Assembly: GCA_964016885.1 (NCBI GenBank)
Contig: OZ024741.1
Span: 205,592,001 to 205,656,000, forward strand
Length of the DNA: 64,000 nt
Origin: Eledone cirrhosa
Lineage: Eukaryota
Reading direction: 5' to 3'
Within the stretch, counting starts at the first letter, position 1; each line of letters opens with the position of its first letter. Below are positions 38,212 to 51,830 of this stretch, in pieces. A model generated the notes under the pieces. That model was not told the DNA's origin, did not search any database, and saw only the letters and a program-made list of their open reading frames with translations. The position numbers and the translations under genes are program-made.

Positions 38212-40833
38212 ATATCTTTAGGTCGTTTGGAAGCCTCGACAATGCAAATGGGTAAATCTCCGGGTAACAAGGTCCGGTGGTGGAGAGAGAGATGTAATTG
38301 GGTGTACGTTGAGAAGCGTGGTGTGTATAAGATGTGTGAGATGTGTAGAATGAGGGAAGAGTATAAAGGTTAAAATAAAAATAACAACACAAGAGAGAAT
38401 TACCTTGGGAGAGATTTAATAGTCCCTATATATTTCGGATTCACATCCAGCAACTGGGGTTTTTTTCCGGGGTGGGGGAAAAGGTTGTCTGTCGGACAAG
38501 CCCGGAACACGTCTTTCGCTGTTTGTTGTTTTGAATATCTGAGGTATTCGGCAGAGCGCGCGTGCGCGTGAAATGGGGTCGGTCGTACAGAGGTCAGCAG
38601 CCGAATGAGGGATTGGGATGGCGCTAGCTGTCAGTCCATTCTCTGCCTGTTTGTTAAATGTTACTGTGTGTGTGAGTGTGTGTGTTGTTGTCTCGCTTGA
38701 GTGTGTGTGTGTGTGGGTGTGTGTGTTGTTGCCTTGTTCATCTGTATTGGCAGTGTAGTATGTTCGTATGGTGGAATGCTACTGTGTGTGCGTGCGTGTG
38801 TGTGTGTAGTTGTCTCGTTTGCGCGTGTGTGTGTGCGTGTGTTGTGTGTTGTTGCATCGCTTGTTAACTTAAACCAGCCATTTCATTTCGTTTCTCTCTG
38901 ATCGGTTGTTTATTTGCGGTTGCAGTCGTTTGATAAAAAGCGCTTCCTTGATACGTAACGTGCCGACGTTTCTTTCAGTCGCTAGAATTGTGACAATGGG
39001 CCTTCCGTCTTTGTTTCCGCATTTGTCTATGTGTTTCCGGAAAGACGAGGCCCTGGTTTTAGTGTGTTCCTTGATCCGGATGTGCAAAGGTCGAATTGTG
39101 CTACCTATGTAGTATTGGTTGCACCTGTCACATTCTATCTTATACACGACGTATGTGCGTAGGCAACAGTTAGCATGGCGTATCGGGCAGTCTCTGAGGG
39201 AGCATGCGTCAGTAGATTTTTCGGGTTTCCTGGAGAGGCATCTTCGCAGGGAGGGGCCCGAGTGGGCCAGGTGGATGTCGAGGCCCTCCCTCCGTATAGC
39301 CTTGCGGATAGCGTTGGTGGTTTTCTCGCCCAGGTGTGGCATTTTAAGGAAGCACTTGCCTTGGGTGCTTCTCTGTCTCTTGCGTCTGGTGTCTCCTATT
39401 CTGTCTGTGATCGAGGTAGGGTACCCGTTCGTCTCCAGCATCTCGAGGAATCGCTTGGTATGAGTGACACCACTCGCGGGATCACTGCATCTGTTTTTGA
39501 TTCGCGCGATCTCGTTCGTGATGTATCCTCTTTTGGCACTGTTAGGGAGGGCGGACTTGTAGTGAACGAATAGGTCCCTGCAGGCTGCCTTTCTGTAGAA
39601 GTTGCAGTGGATCCCTCCTTGTTCCGTGATGTTGATTTGGAAGTCGAGGAGGGCAAGTGACCCGTCTTCGTTGGGGTGTTCAACACTGAAGTCAATGTTC
39701 TCGTCCGTGTTGTTGAACGTCTCATAGATTCTGTTCGCCGTGTCTTGGGAAGATGTGAGGATGAGGATTCGTCCACGTATCTTGAGAAAAAGGCTACGGC
39801 GTTGGGGTGGCAGGCGTTGAGTGCCTTGCGTTCGAGGTTGTCCATGTAGGAGATCGCTAGCACACCTGATAGGCTTGATCCCATGGGCAATCCCGAGGTT
39901 TGTTGGTATATTTGGTCAAGGAATCCGAAGTAGGTGTTGTCGACGACGATGGACAGGAGTTGGTGGATGTCAGTGGTGGTGAGCCCGAAGCAGTGTAGGT
40001 CGGTGGATTGGACGCGTTCCATCAGTATATTGACGGCTGGGAGTGCCGGGACCGAGGTGTAGAGAGCGACTACATCAAGGCTGAAGGCATATCTGTTATT
40101 CCTTCTGGTGTCGGGATCCATTTGATGCAGGCGCTTCAACACCTCCTCGGAGCTATTAACGTGTCCCGGCAAGGTGTCTAAGATGGGTTTGAGTATTCTG
40201 GCTAGGAGCCATGAAATTTTGTAGAGTGGTCCCTCCACGCTCGATACGATGGGCCTGATTTTCAGTTCGGGTCCCTGTTTGTGTGTTTTCACGAGGTGGT
40301 AGAAGGCGGGTAGTCTGCTGTTCCTCGTGAGGAGGTTGTATCTCAGCTTCTTCGGGAGCTTCCGCCGGTCGCAGATGTTGGTCCAGGCGGAGTTGATGTG
40401 TTCTTCTATCTGCGCGGGAGTGATTCCCGTGACCTTGGAGTAGAGGTTGTCATCGTCAAGGTGTTGGAGGGCCAGGGTGTTGTAGGTCTCTCTGCTGATG
40501 ACTCAGATATTCAAAACAACAAACAGCGAAAAACGCGTTCCGGGCTTGTCCGACAGACAACCTTTTCCCCCACCCCGGAAAAAAACCCCAGTTGATGGAT
40601 GTGAATCCGAAATATATAGGGACTATTAAATCTCTCCCAAGGTAAATCTCTCTTGTGTTGTTATTTTTATTTTAACCGTTATACTCTTCCCTCATTCTAC
40701 ACATCTCACACATCTTATACACACCACGCTTCTCAACGTACACCCAATTACATCTCTCTCTCCACCACCGGACCTTGTTACCCGGAGATTTACCAATTTG
40801 CATTGTCGAGGCTTCCAAACGACCTAAAGATAT
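38212..40833 (-). mobile_element. 5'-truncated Penelope/Poseidon-like element bounded by ~330-bp inverted pLTR copies
   Basis: 38212-38543 is the near-exact reverse complement of 40502-40833. Interior encodes RT plus GIY-YIG. (TA)n at or near both ends. Confidence 0.92.
38869..40495 (-). pseudogene. PLE reverse transcriptase plus GIY-YIG endonuclease, frameshifted
   Basis: IRPIVSS, FSLDVVALYTSVP, GLPMGSSLSG, RYVD, then YVVYKIECDRCNQYYIGSTIRPLHIRIKEH...KEALFIKRLQPQINNR. Confidence 0.93.
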
Positions 40834-41012
40834 ATATATATATTTATTTATTTAGTATATTGAACATACTCGGTAGCAGGAGCCCTCTACTGGATCCTAT
40901 AACCTGGAGAAGGATGTTACGTCAGTCTCGTTATAATGACATGTCATTGAATTTCTTTCGCAAAAAAGCACACCTGTGCACGAAAACAAGTTTACAAACC
41001 GTTTAATTAATT

Positions 41013-41163
41013 AATTGTTTCTACTTTAGGCACAAGGCCAGCAATTACCCAGTGCATTACTGGTACTTTATTTTATCGACCCCGTAAGGATGAAAGGCAA
41101 AGTCAATCTCGGCGGGATTTGAACTCAGATCGTAAAGGGAGGTAACTATGCTGGAAAGCATGT
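41013..41163 (-). mobile_element. tRNA-derived SINE, 5'-truncated
   Basis: Reverse complement of the 15625 family from the B-box to the tail. Confidence 0.85.
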
Positions 41164-41302
41164 TAATGATTTCCTTTAAACTAATCACTTTATAATTATA
41201 ATTATCCAATTTTCGTAACCTTATACTTTATGTTTTTTAATCTTTTCTTACTTTTCTTATTTACCGTTATAATCATGTAGCGTTTTAAGTTTTTATAACA
41301 TA

Positions 41303-42210
41303 CTAGCATTAAAGCCCGGCGTTGCTCGGGGTCATTAAGTTACCAAAGTTAGGTTGCACCACCCATTTTATGGCAGCACTTTTTTGTCTGCCAGGCACTG
41401 GGTGAATGAATTGCAGACCTGGAAGCAGGAGCTGCGCCAGCAGTGACAATTGTAGTTTCGCCTATGGATATTATCTCTGTGCAAAAAAGTGTTGAAATTT
41501 ATTGTTTCACAGTACTTGCGCAACACGCGCGTAGACGATACCAGCCGAACAACAGAGCTGCGATGGAGTTGTTCTGCATGGTTGTCTGTGTGTTTTCTAA
41601 ATTTAAGACAGTAGGGAGGGTTGTGATATGAGGGAGAGTTAGCTGTTGTTTCTAACAGGTTTAGTGACCTCATAGAGGATATGTGTTTTCTAAATTTAAG
41701 ACAGTAGGGAGTGGTGTGATATGGGGGAGAGTTAGCTGCTGTTTCTAGCAGATTTAGTGACCTCATAGAAGATATGTTTTCTAAATTTAAGACAGTAGGG
41801 AGTGGTGTGGGGAGGGGTGTGATATGGGGAGAGTTAGCTGCTGTTTCTAGCAGGTTTAGTAACCTCATAGAGGATATGTGTTTTCTAAATTTAAGACAGT
41901 AGGGAGTGGTGTGAACGGACAGTATCACCATCAAGCTTGGAAAGAGAAAGTAGCAGAAAGCATGAAGTTGTATAGATTTTGAATGGTAGTGGAAAGAGTT
42001 TAGCAGTTTAAATGAGAGAGAAAAATCGTAAAATATTGAGTTTTATCTATTTTTTGCGTAATTGTGGGTGAAATTGAAAAAATTATCTGCGTCAAGACGC
42101 AATCGAAACTATTTCGAATACTGAATTGTAAATTTCAATTGAAGAAATTCTATATCGTAGATTTCTATAACGAAGGAGCATGACCACACACTGAGCTTTA
42201 TAGATTATGA
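41303..42210 (-). mobile_element. Non-autonomous Helitron
   Basis: Minus-strand 3' end cccgagcaacgccggg hairpin + ctttaatg + CTAG|T; 5' end a|TCataatctataaagc. Confidence 0.75.
41588..41913. repeat. ~90-100-bp minisatellite (about 3.5 copies) inside the Helitron
   Basis: tgttttctaaatttaagacagtagggag occurs four times. Confidence 0.9.
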
Positions 42211-42874
42211 TATTCTCTTTACTAATTGTTAGCAATTGTAAAGACCAATGGAAACATTGTTTTTTCGGTCTGATTTGACGAGCTCTACCCAACTCGTTAA
42301 GTGAATGAGGTCTGGGTTAGAGTTAGGGTTATATCGACAGTTATATATCCCCTTTAAGCGACGTTAAGCTGGCTTTCGGCCAGAGTCTACTATTACACAA
42401 TATTTAGCAGCCCTGACCTGACTGAACAACAAAAAAAATGGTTGTGATTTATAGCGTAGCATTACTTGAGGACAGTAAAATTCTGTTGCTGCCAAACAAC
42501 CTCCATTCTACTTGGTCGCGCCTACCAACCCACAATGCTATTGTCAAGTGTGTGGCATTCGGAGGCGGTTCGTCATAGTAGTAATACTGAATCTCGTGCC
42601 GTCTCCGAATCAAGTCTATTCTCTGTTTATGATTAAGTAATTGATCACTTAATCTTTGCAATTTATACCCGATGACGTCGTCAAAGCCTTACGTCATAAT
42701 CTGATGAAGTAATCAGAGCATAGAAATGCGTATTATGATTTTTGAAATCCAGCTTTCTGTTTTCTTCCAATCAAATTCTCTACCCACATGAAATCGTTTA
42801 GTGTGCACTCTGTTTTTCTTTTGGTTGGTATCGTAATGATACTGGCTTAATTAAAATATTGAGTGAATGGGAAA

Positions 42875-42943
<69 letters not shown>

Positions 42944-43260
42944 AAAATGTTTAACGGCTATATATATATAGGAAAATGTCGAAACGGCTTGAGCTCTGCC
43001 GTCGGGGTTAAACATGTTCCTATTACCCACTCTATTACCCTAAGTATTGAGTACTCTGGTGCGTTATGGTCCATCTGGTTCCTTACCACACTTCCTTCGT
43101 TATATATATATGTATATATATATATATTCGGTATATCGGGATGCAATTCACTTCAAGCACTCGACATCATGTTACTTCTTTAAAATAAGGATGACGAAGT
43201 ATATATATAAAGAGGAAAATGCGAAGTTAAGATGTTAGATGTTAGATTCTTATTAATTGA

Positions 43261-43311
43261 GCCGTTATACATATTTCAATGACGATATATATCGTTATTT
43301 CTTCAGACAGC
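43261..43311 (-). ncRNA. Intact minimal type I hammerhead ribozyme
   Basis: gctgt-CTGAAGA-aataacgat(atat)atcgtcatt-GAAA-tatgta-TA-acggc. All core nucleotides present and stems I and II paired. Confidence 0.85.
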
Positions 43312-44604
43312 AAAATTGAGGCAATTTCCGAGGCAATTATGTGTGGAAGGGAGCGGACTAAAAAAATGTATGTTTTTGCTTTGGTTGTCCGCTCTCTTCT
43401 AACTTTTAGAACCTCTCAACAGCTCTGCACAGTCGCAGAGATGTGGCTGACCACTCAACTACCACCCAGAATACAACTAACCTTAATAGTTCCCTCTAGT
43501 TACCCGTACCCCACCACTTCAGCCGACAACACTATACGGTCAGTGGGAGTTCAGTTTAGCCAAATTTGTTTACTGCTAACTTTGGTGTCCAGTAGAATTT
43601 CAGTGCATGCGTACCCACTACCCGTTTATAGCGGGAGAATATACCAACCCTCAACTCCGAAATGAGAATATTACTTGATGCTATGGTTAATATAAATTAT
43701 CATGGAAAAAAAATATTTAAGACTTCACAACCCGAAGATCCAAAAATTTAAAAATTTTAAAAGTTAAAAATTAGAAGTCCAGATAATTAGACAACAGTTA
43801 ATATTCTAAGAATAATATCTAACTGGCTAAAGTGTATATTCGTATTAGGGATTGGGTTCAGAATTGGATATTAATTTGTTATCACTCCCCACTGAAAAAA
43901 ACTGACCTCTTAGCGAGAATGACAGGCGAAATCTAAAGTATCGAATGTAAAAATTAGATAATCATATAGTTGGTATCCCCGTCAATCCGGTAGAGACAAA
44001 TAATACATTGATAATGAATATTTAAGAAAAAATATAAGAAAAGGTACAAAGGATGAAGGACAAACGGGGAAAAGGAATTATAAAGAAAATGAATGAAAAA
44101 ATATGTGATAAATGTCTGGGTGGGGACGAGTTATAGAGAGTTAGTTATATTCACAGTGCTTCAGGTGTTTTGGTCAGTGCAGTCGTAGCCGGATGAATTT
44201 CACTGGCTGTCCATGGCTATATGAGGCAGGAGATCTACTTTCCAGTCTTTGTTCGAGATAAAGGTGTTGCGTGGAAAATAAGAGGTAGTTGTTGCTTTTG
44301 GTTCTCTCATTAATCTGGTCGAAAGTTGGTCCATAGTAAATTTCCGTCAACCGTTAGGGGTGTCCAACAGTTGGGAGATTTCCACGTGTAGTTTGCCTTA
44401 CTTCATCAGATTTATCGGATTGTATAAAAAAAAGCGCTCAACATGCAGAGCTAAATACATTCGGTATACAGGATGCAATTGACTTCAAGCACTCAACGTC
44501 ATATTACTTCTTTGAGCGGACAACCAAAGCAAAAACATACATTTTTTTTAGTCCATCCCTTACACTCATAATTGCCTCGAAAATGTTACCTTTTACTTAA
44601 TTTT

Positions 44605-44655
44605 GCTGTCTGAAGAAATCACAATATCCATCGTCATAGAAAAATGTATAACGGC
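44605..44655 (+). ncRNA. Decayed mirror hammerhead
   Basis: gctgt-CTGAAGA-..-GAAA-aatgta-TA-acggc. Stems II and III damaged. Confidence 0.6.
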
Positions 44656-44799
44656 TCAATTAATAAAGGACTCTAACATCTACAACTTCGCATTTTCCTC
44701 TTTATATATATATATATATGGGGGAGGGGGGGGGGGGGGGGTAGTGGCAGAGTTCTACGGAAGAATAAGGTATGTGTTATATTCAGCGGTCAGATAGAG

Positions 44800-45245
44800 T
44801 TTAGGGGACGGAAATTGAAGGAGTGTGAGGTGGGTGAGGGAGAAACACACTCATGCGTGCGCGGTGGTGGCCTGGACAACCGTGTTGAGTTTGAACAGCT
44901 GAAACAGTGTGCTCGTGAGGGCTTTGAGTTTGGTTTGCTTGAGTATCTTGGCATGCAGGTTGATTTAACATCTAAAGAATGTGGCCGGTTATGTCATCTG
45001 TGCATTGTTTGGCATTTCTGTTTGCGGGGAGTGTGGAAAAAAGTGTGTCCCAGTTGGTGGACTGAAACGTCATTTGAAAGTGCACCAAACCAGCACGGTA
45101 TCACCCACTACAATAGGCCCCCATCGTTGCAACGTCTGTGCAAAAGTGTGCAAGTCCATACCAAGACTAAAAATCCACGTCCATGCTGCCCATGCTTAAG
45201 TATCAAGTGATAGCATTACTCGAAATGGATTTGCAGTCATCATGT
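44800..45245 (+). pseudogene. 3' fragment of an RTE LINE related to 47883-51428 (C2H2 fingers plus 3' end)
   Basis: RVEFEQLKQCAREG, CGECGKKCVPVGGLKRHLKVH, CNVCAKVCKSIPRLKIHVHAAH. 3' end tactcga..gcagtcatcatgta resembles 51870-51900. Confidence 0.8.
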
Positions 45246-45837
45246 AAGTATACCATATTATGATAGACTTAAATATACACACCCTAAGCTACATTAGAAT
45301 GTACACTAGAAATTGGATAACAATCATAAATAGCTTAATAATAACACCTACTTAACAAAAGTTTCTATTGAGCAATGAACACTATTAATTACCCATTTCT
45401 TTTCATCTCCCTATTTATTCACTATTTTTTTTATAGTTTTAATTCATGAAAAAAGATTCTTTGTTCGATAGTTAAAAAAAATAATTGTTTCTACTTTTGG
45501 CACAAGGCCAACCTTTACCCTCTTTTGGGATGCTATATGCGACATATTTTCAGTGCCAACCTCATTGCTTCGAGCGCTGTCACCGGCAACGGCGAGGAGC
45601 GGAAGATGACACAATTGCAGGCATTAACTGACTGTTTATTTTATATGTCAGTTGTCATTGAGATCTCTGGTATCGTTGGTTTCCGGACTGCCATTTTCCT
45701 CCAACAAATGATGGCATTACGCCTGAGGAAGAAGTATCGCGTGGTGGAATGGCTGGTTCAGCAGATATCACTGGCTGTTCTCACCATCTTTTTTGTAGAG
45801 CGTAACTGAGATAAGTAGTCTAGCCGAAGGTGTAGAG

Positions 45838-46039
45838 CAGGCATGTCAAATTGAGGGTCCCCCGAGGGTCACATGGGTCACATATATGTTGTCTGAGGGC
45901 CATACACGACAACTAAATGCACACATTACAACTAATTTTTTATTATTTTATATTACGAAGATAAAACATGCTTGCGCTGTAAAAACCTTCGTGCGGACCG
46001 CAGGTGTGCTTGTGAAGGGCCGCATGTTTGACATGCCTG
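45838..46039. mobile_element. hAT (Charlie-like) MITE, 202 bp
   Basis: TIR caggcatgtcaaa / tttgacatgcctg; perfect 8-bp TSD GTGTAGAG (45830-45837, 46040-46047). Confidence 0.93.
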
Positions 46040-46062
46040 GTGTAGAGTTCCTCCCTTCAGAT

Positions 46063-46121
<59 letters not shown>
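46063..46121. repeat. (CT)n(ATCT)n microsatellite
   Basis: Read directly. No LINE 3' end adjacent. Confidence 0.9.
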
Positions 46122-47500
46122 GAAATACGTAAATGGTACCAACATCATCTTATTAATAACTATTCTTCATTTATTGAATAAAGAAGTACGTACTTCAACA
46201 TGTTCTGTAGTTCAAATCTATAATAGTATAAAGCTGAGTGTCGTGAGTATGTATTATGTATGTATGTATCCTACTCACCAACCTATAGTTTCTTAGCTTT
46301 ACTCTCTCCGTCGCTCTTCCATCTCTCTATAATAGATCATTCCTCCTCTCTATAATTTAACTGCTTTACTCTCTGTCTCTCTTCACTCTCTATATGACAA
46401 CACTCTTTTACTTTCCGTATCTACCTTCAATATATCAATATATACCTAGGTTCTGCTGCACGTCGGGCTGAGGGGGCCAAACTCCTCAAATACCGGTCGC
46501 TCTCCGACAGGTTTGCGGTCGTACCCCTGGCAGTGGTGACTTCTGGTGTCCTCGCCCCCAGGGCTACCTCCTTACTCACCACCATAGGCGCTAAGCTGGC
46601 CAGCCGCAGGTGTGAGCCCCCGAGTTGGAGTGGCTTTTCCAGCACGTCTGCCTTGCTGTCCTCCGGGGAAACGCCTTCTCCATTCTGTCCGCCGGGGCTG
46701 TGGGTGGGCCCAATCGCGTACCGTTGTAGTTGTTGTATACAGATATTAACTCATCAATCCCATTATTTATATCATATAGCAACATAGAGATGAGCGTCGT
46801 ATGTATATTTATTTCAAAAGGATAACCTCCTTCAAATTCGGTCAACACACAAGCAGGTAATACATACATCAAAAGGCAACCCTCTTAGAGAGACAGAGAA
46901 TGAAAGAGACAGATTAGAAAAACTATACACACACACACATCTAAAGAGAGAGAGAGAGAGGGAAAGAGAAACAGAGGGATGGGCAAGCAGGTAATACATA
47001 CATCTAAATCATTTGGATACAAATATCATAGTATAATGTTTTCAGAACGAAAATACAGAAAAATATATAATAATGTATGTATCCCCCCCCCCCCCCCCCC
47101 CCCACACACACAAATACACATACTTTCACACCTGATTTCGCCAATTGCCGGATAACATCAAGACAAAACACACAATCACACACATGCACATACACACATA
47201 CACAAACACATACACACTTACAAACACACACACACATATCTATACTTTATATGTATGTATGTATGTATGTATCAAAAACTCTTGAAAGTCAACAGTTGAC
47301 ATAATCTGGTAATCTTGTATCAGTAATGACGGTAATATATATATATATATGTGTGTGTGTGCGTGTAAGTGAGTAGAGTAGCGTGTGTGTGTGTTTGTTG
47401 TGTGTGCGAGTGTTGCTGTGTGCACGCATATGTATGCGTGTGTGTGTATGTCGTACGTATAAGTGTCAATAAGTAATTTTTTTTTTTTTTTTTTTTTTTT

Positions 47501-47803
47501 GCGCGGGGACATAGAAATAATCGGGCTGGATGCCCGATCGCGCAGTTAAACCACTGGGAGTGAAGAACCCCTAGCCCATGTCAGGGTATTCTTCTAGGAG
47601 AAGGCATCTCAGGAAACTGGGTTAACTCCGATATAAAACCTGCGGCTCAGTAGTTACCGATGATGTTGATCTTTTCTTCTTTTCGGGTTATAGCTACTGT
47701 CGCTCAGAGAGTGGGATTGGTTCAGTGCACAGTCTTTCCTCACTTTAAAAATATTCGTCACGCACAGGCATTGCACGAGTGCATTAATAATTATTAATAG
47801 TGT

Positions 47804-47838
<35 letters not shown>

Positions 47839-50800
47839 TATTATTACTTTTTTTTTTTTTTTTTTTTTTTTTTCCCAATTCAATGATGTTCCAGAACAAT
47901 GTAAACGAGATAATTGCCAATTTGGGTTCTGGAACAAAAAAGATCATTGGCAATAAGGGCAGGGGCCCCAAGTTATCACAACCTGGGCCCGCCCGTCATC
48001 GTGCCATTGTAATAGAGCCAAACAGGGCATTTAGTCTTGGCTGCTGGAACGTACGGACGCTGCTTGACAGGGATTCTTTGGAGCGTCCTGAACGAAGGAC
48101 CGCTCTTGTTGCGAAGGAGCTTCGACGTTACGATCTTGACATCGTGGCTTTGTCTGAGACGAGGTTAGCTGGAGATGGTCATCTTACGGAATTTTGTGGA
48201 GAATATACATTCTTCTGGAAAGGAAGAGATGAAGGAACCAGAAGAGAGGCTGGGGTAGGATTTGCTGTTAAGACTGTACTGGTGAATAAATTGGAAGAAT
48301 TCCCAGTGGGGATTAGTGAGCGTCTTATGTCCATGAGAGTTCCGCTGGACAAGGGAAGATATGCTACCCTGGTGAGTGTGTATGCTCCAACTATGAATTC
48401 TGTCGATGAAGAAAAACTGTCCTTTTACCATGCCTTGAAAGGTGTTTTAAGAAATATCCCTCAGGCAGACAAAGTCATCGTGCTTGGTGACTTTAATGCT
48501 AGAGTGGGTAGGGATTTTAACACATGGAATGTAATCGGAAGGCATGGGGTGGGAAAGTGTAACAGCAATGGTATGCTCTTGCTGCAGATGTGTGAGGAGC
48601 TGGATCTGTGTGTTACCAACACCATGTTCCAACAAAAGAACAAATTCAAGACCACATGGATGCATCCTGCATCTAAGGAATGGCATCTTTTGGACTACGT
48701 CCTAGTCAGGATGCGTGACAGACAGGATGTGCAGTGTGTTCGTGTTCTTCGTGGAGCTGAGTGCTGGACGGACCACCGCCTGGTACGCGCAAAAGTGAAT
48801 CTAATCACCAAACGTAAAATCCGGGCTCCTGGTGTTACCCTGCCCAAAAGATTGAATGCTGCTCGTCTTAAGGATAAAAATGTGAAGAGGACATTGGAAG
48901 AAGAGATGCAGGCTGCAGATCTTGGTGAGGATTGGCCGACCCTTAAAAAGTCGGTTTATGATGTAGGCAGACGTGTTCTGGGATTGGTGCAGAGAAAACA
49001 TCAGGACTGGTTTGATGAGAAGGATGTGCATATAGATGACTTGTTGGCTGATAAGAGGCGCGCTCTGTCACGCTACTTGACGGCAAAACCACAGGAGAGG
49101 AATACGTTGCATGAGGAGCTCAGGGATGTAAAATCACGTGTTAGGCGGAGTCTTTCTCAGATGAAGGATCAGTGGTGGAGTGAGAAGGCTGGTGAGATAC
49201 AAACTGCGTCTGATTGCAATAACACAAAGCTGTTGTACAGTCTCTTGCGTGAGGTTTATGGACCGTCTTCTTCTCTGGTGACACCGATTCGCAGCAAGGA
49301 TGGCAAAGAACTTCTTCGTGACTCACAGGGAATTCTACGAAGGTGGCGAGAGCACTTTGATGATCTTTTGAATCAGCCGTCTGTCGTCAGTGAAGATTTC
49401 CTCAATCTCATTCCGGAAAGTCCTGTGAAAGTAGCTCTCGCAGAACCTCCGACACTTGTGGAGGTTGCAGTGGCTATTTCGAAGCTGAACAGTGGAAGAT
49501 CTCCAGGTATGGATGGCATACATGCTGAGCTCCTACAATATGGTGGTGAGAGACTCCTGCAACATCTTCACTCTCTGTTTGGAGGGATATGGGCTAATGA
49601 ATCCGTGCCTGAGGACTGGAGAGATGCAGTAATGGTGGTCTTGTACAAGGGAAAGGGTAACAGGAATGATTGTGGGAACTACAGAGGTATATCATTGCTT
49701 TCTGTCGTGGGGAAAGTTTTATGTAGGGTGCTTCTGGACCGTCTGCTGACACACATTGCAGATTGTGTCCTTCCTGAAAGTCAATCTGGTTTTCGTGTTG
49801 GACGCGGCACTACTGATATGATCTTCTCAGCTAGACAGCTCCAGGAGAAGTGCATTGAACAGGGCTTGGATCTGTATCAGGTTTTTGTCGATCTGACAAA
49901 GGCTTTCGATACTGTCAACAGAGATGCATTATGGAAGGTTCTCCAGAAACTTGGTTGCCCTGATAAGTTCCTTGCTTTAGTTAGGTCTTTCCATGACGAC
50001 ATGAAGGCTTGGGTTAATGTCGGAGGTAACATGTCGGAGCCTATCTCAGTAAAAAATGGAGTGAAACAGGGGGATATTCCAGCACCGACCCTGTTTGCCA
50101 TATACTTTGCAATGGTTTTCTGTATTGCATTCAGGAATTGCGAGCATGGTGTTTACATCCGATATCGAACCTCAGGCAGCATATTTAACATCAGGCGCTT
50201 TGCTGCGAAGACAAAAGTATTTACATCAGTCATAAGAGACCTCTTGTATGCAGATGATTGCGATCTTGTAGCGCACACAGAGAGTGATATGCAGCACATT
50301 TTGAATGTATTTTCTGACGCTTGCACTGCCCTGGGTTTGACTGTCAGTCTCAAGAAAACCGTCGTCATGTACCAACCTGCACCTGGTAGGCAGTACACTG
50401 AACCAAACATCTATGTGTATGGCAAACGACTTGGAGTGGTTGATCAGTTTGTCTACCTGGGAAGCACTGTCAATCGATACGGCAACCTTGACAGTGAAAT
50501 CTCACTTAGGATTAGGAAAGCAAGTGATGCTTTCGGAAAGCTAGAAAGGCGACTCTGGGGTCGGCGAGACATATGCAGGAGGACAAAGGTAAAGGTGTAC
50601 AGGGCATGTGTACTCTCTTGTCTTCTTTATGCCTGCGAGACCTGGGTCACATATCGACGCCACCTTAAGCAATTGGAGCGTTTCCATCAGATGTGTCTCA
50701 GACGGATACATGGCGTTCACTGGAGGGACCACATCAGTGATGTCGAGATTTTGGAAAGCTCTATGTGTGACAGTATAGAAGCTCTTGTGCTTAAGCAGCG

Positions 50801-51436
50801 ACTCCGTTGGAGTGGTCACCTTGCCAGGATGAAGGATTCTAGAATACCAAAACAACTCTTCTATGGAGAGTTGGTTAAAGGAAAACGACCGCCACATAAA
50901 CCAAAAAAGAGGTATAAGGATTCCTTGAAGGCCTCTCTGAAAGACGCTAACATCTCTGCTGATACATGGGAAAATATTGCTGCTGATCGTAATAAATGGA
51001 GAAAGACTGTATATGAGGGAAAAGTTGCCTTTGAGGCATCTCGAATCGCACACGAGAAAGTAAAGCGGGACGTGAGGAAGGGTATTGCTGTTGCACTTCC
51101 AGACGGCGAGGGTCCTCCTATGTTTCTGACATGCAGCGTCTGTGCGAGACTCTGCCTAAGCAAAGCTGGACTCGAAAGTCATCTTCGCAGTCATAAAGTA
51201 AGACCAGTGGTTGACTACCAGGCTGCTGTTGGAGATGCTACTCATCATGCTTGCCAAACATGTGGTAGAGAATGTAAATCAGCAGGAGGACTCAAGCGAC
51301 ATGCAAAAGTACACGAACTCCAACCACAGCCGACTATTCCCAGTAAATGTTTTGGTTGCCGACTCTGTGCAAGACATTTTAGATCATTGGCTGGGCTAAA
51401 AAGCCACATTCGATCGCAGCACTGTTAGTTGCTATC

Positions 51437-51480
<44 letters not shown>

Positions 51481-51559
51481 GCTTATGTGCGTGCGTGTGT
51501 GTGTATATATATATGAATATGTATATTATTATTGTTGTTGTCGTTATTATTATTATTGC

Positions 51560-51590
<31 letters not shown>

Positions 51591-51712
51591 GTTATTAATG
51601 TATGTGTGTATATATGTGTGAGTGTATGTGTATGTATGTGTGTGTGTATATATGTATGTATGTGTATGTATGTGTGTGTGTATATATATGTGTATATATA
51701 TATATATGTATA

Positions 51713-51745
<33 letters not shown>

Positions 51746-51781
51746 CTTTTCCCTTTTTTTTTTTTTTTTTTTTTATTTATC

Positions 51782-51830
<49 letters not shown>

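Larger units (their letters stand above)
43201..44710. mobile_element. Fold-back element with ~195-bp diverged inverted arms carrying outward-facing hammerheads
   Basis: 43201-43394 versus 44514-44710 inverted. A ~55-bp direct repeat precedes each arm (43126-43182 and 44458-44513). (TA)n flanks. Confidence 0.85.

Noticed and set aside
42695-42737. cataat-CTGATGA...GAAA-tgcg-t-attatg hammerhead-like motif
   Set aside because: Stem I is one nucleotide out of register and stem II is unpaired; not supportable as functional.
44981-45199. Host C2H2 zinc-finger gene exon
   Set aside because: Colinear with the C-terminus and 3' end of the RTE at 47883-52013; it lacks TGEKP linkers.
46440-46735. GC-rich island with short ORFs
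   Set aside because: Possibly a LINE ORF1 scrap, but I could not recognise any motif.
47501-47660. HDV-like ribozyme in the RTE 5' UTR
   Set aside because: Hairpins are present, but I could not assign P1/P1.1/P3 or a catalytic C; it needs an RNAMotif/Infernal search.
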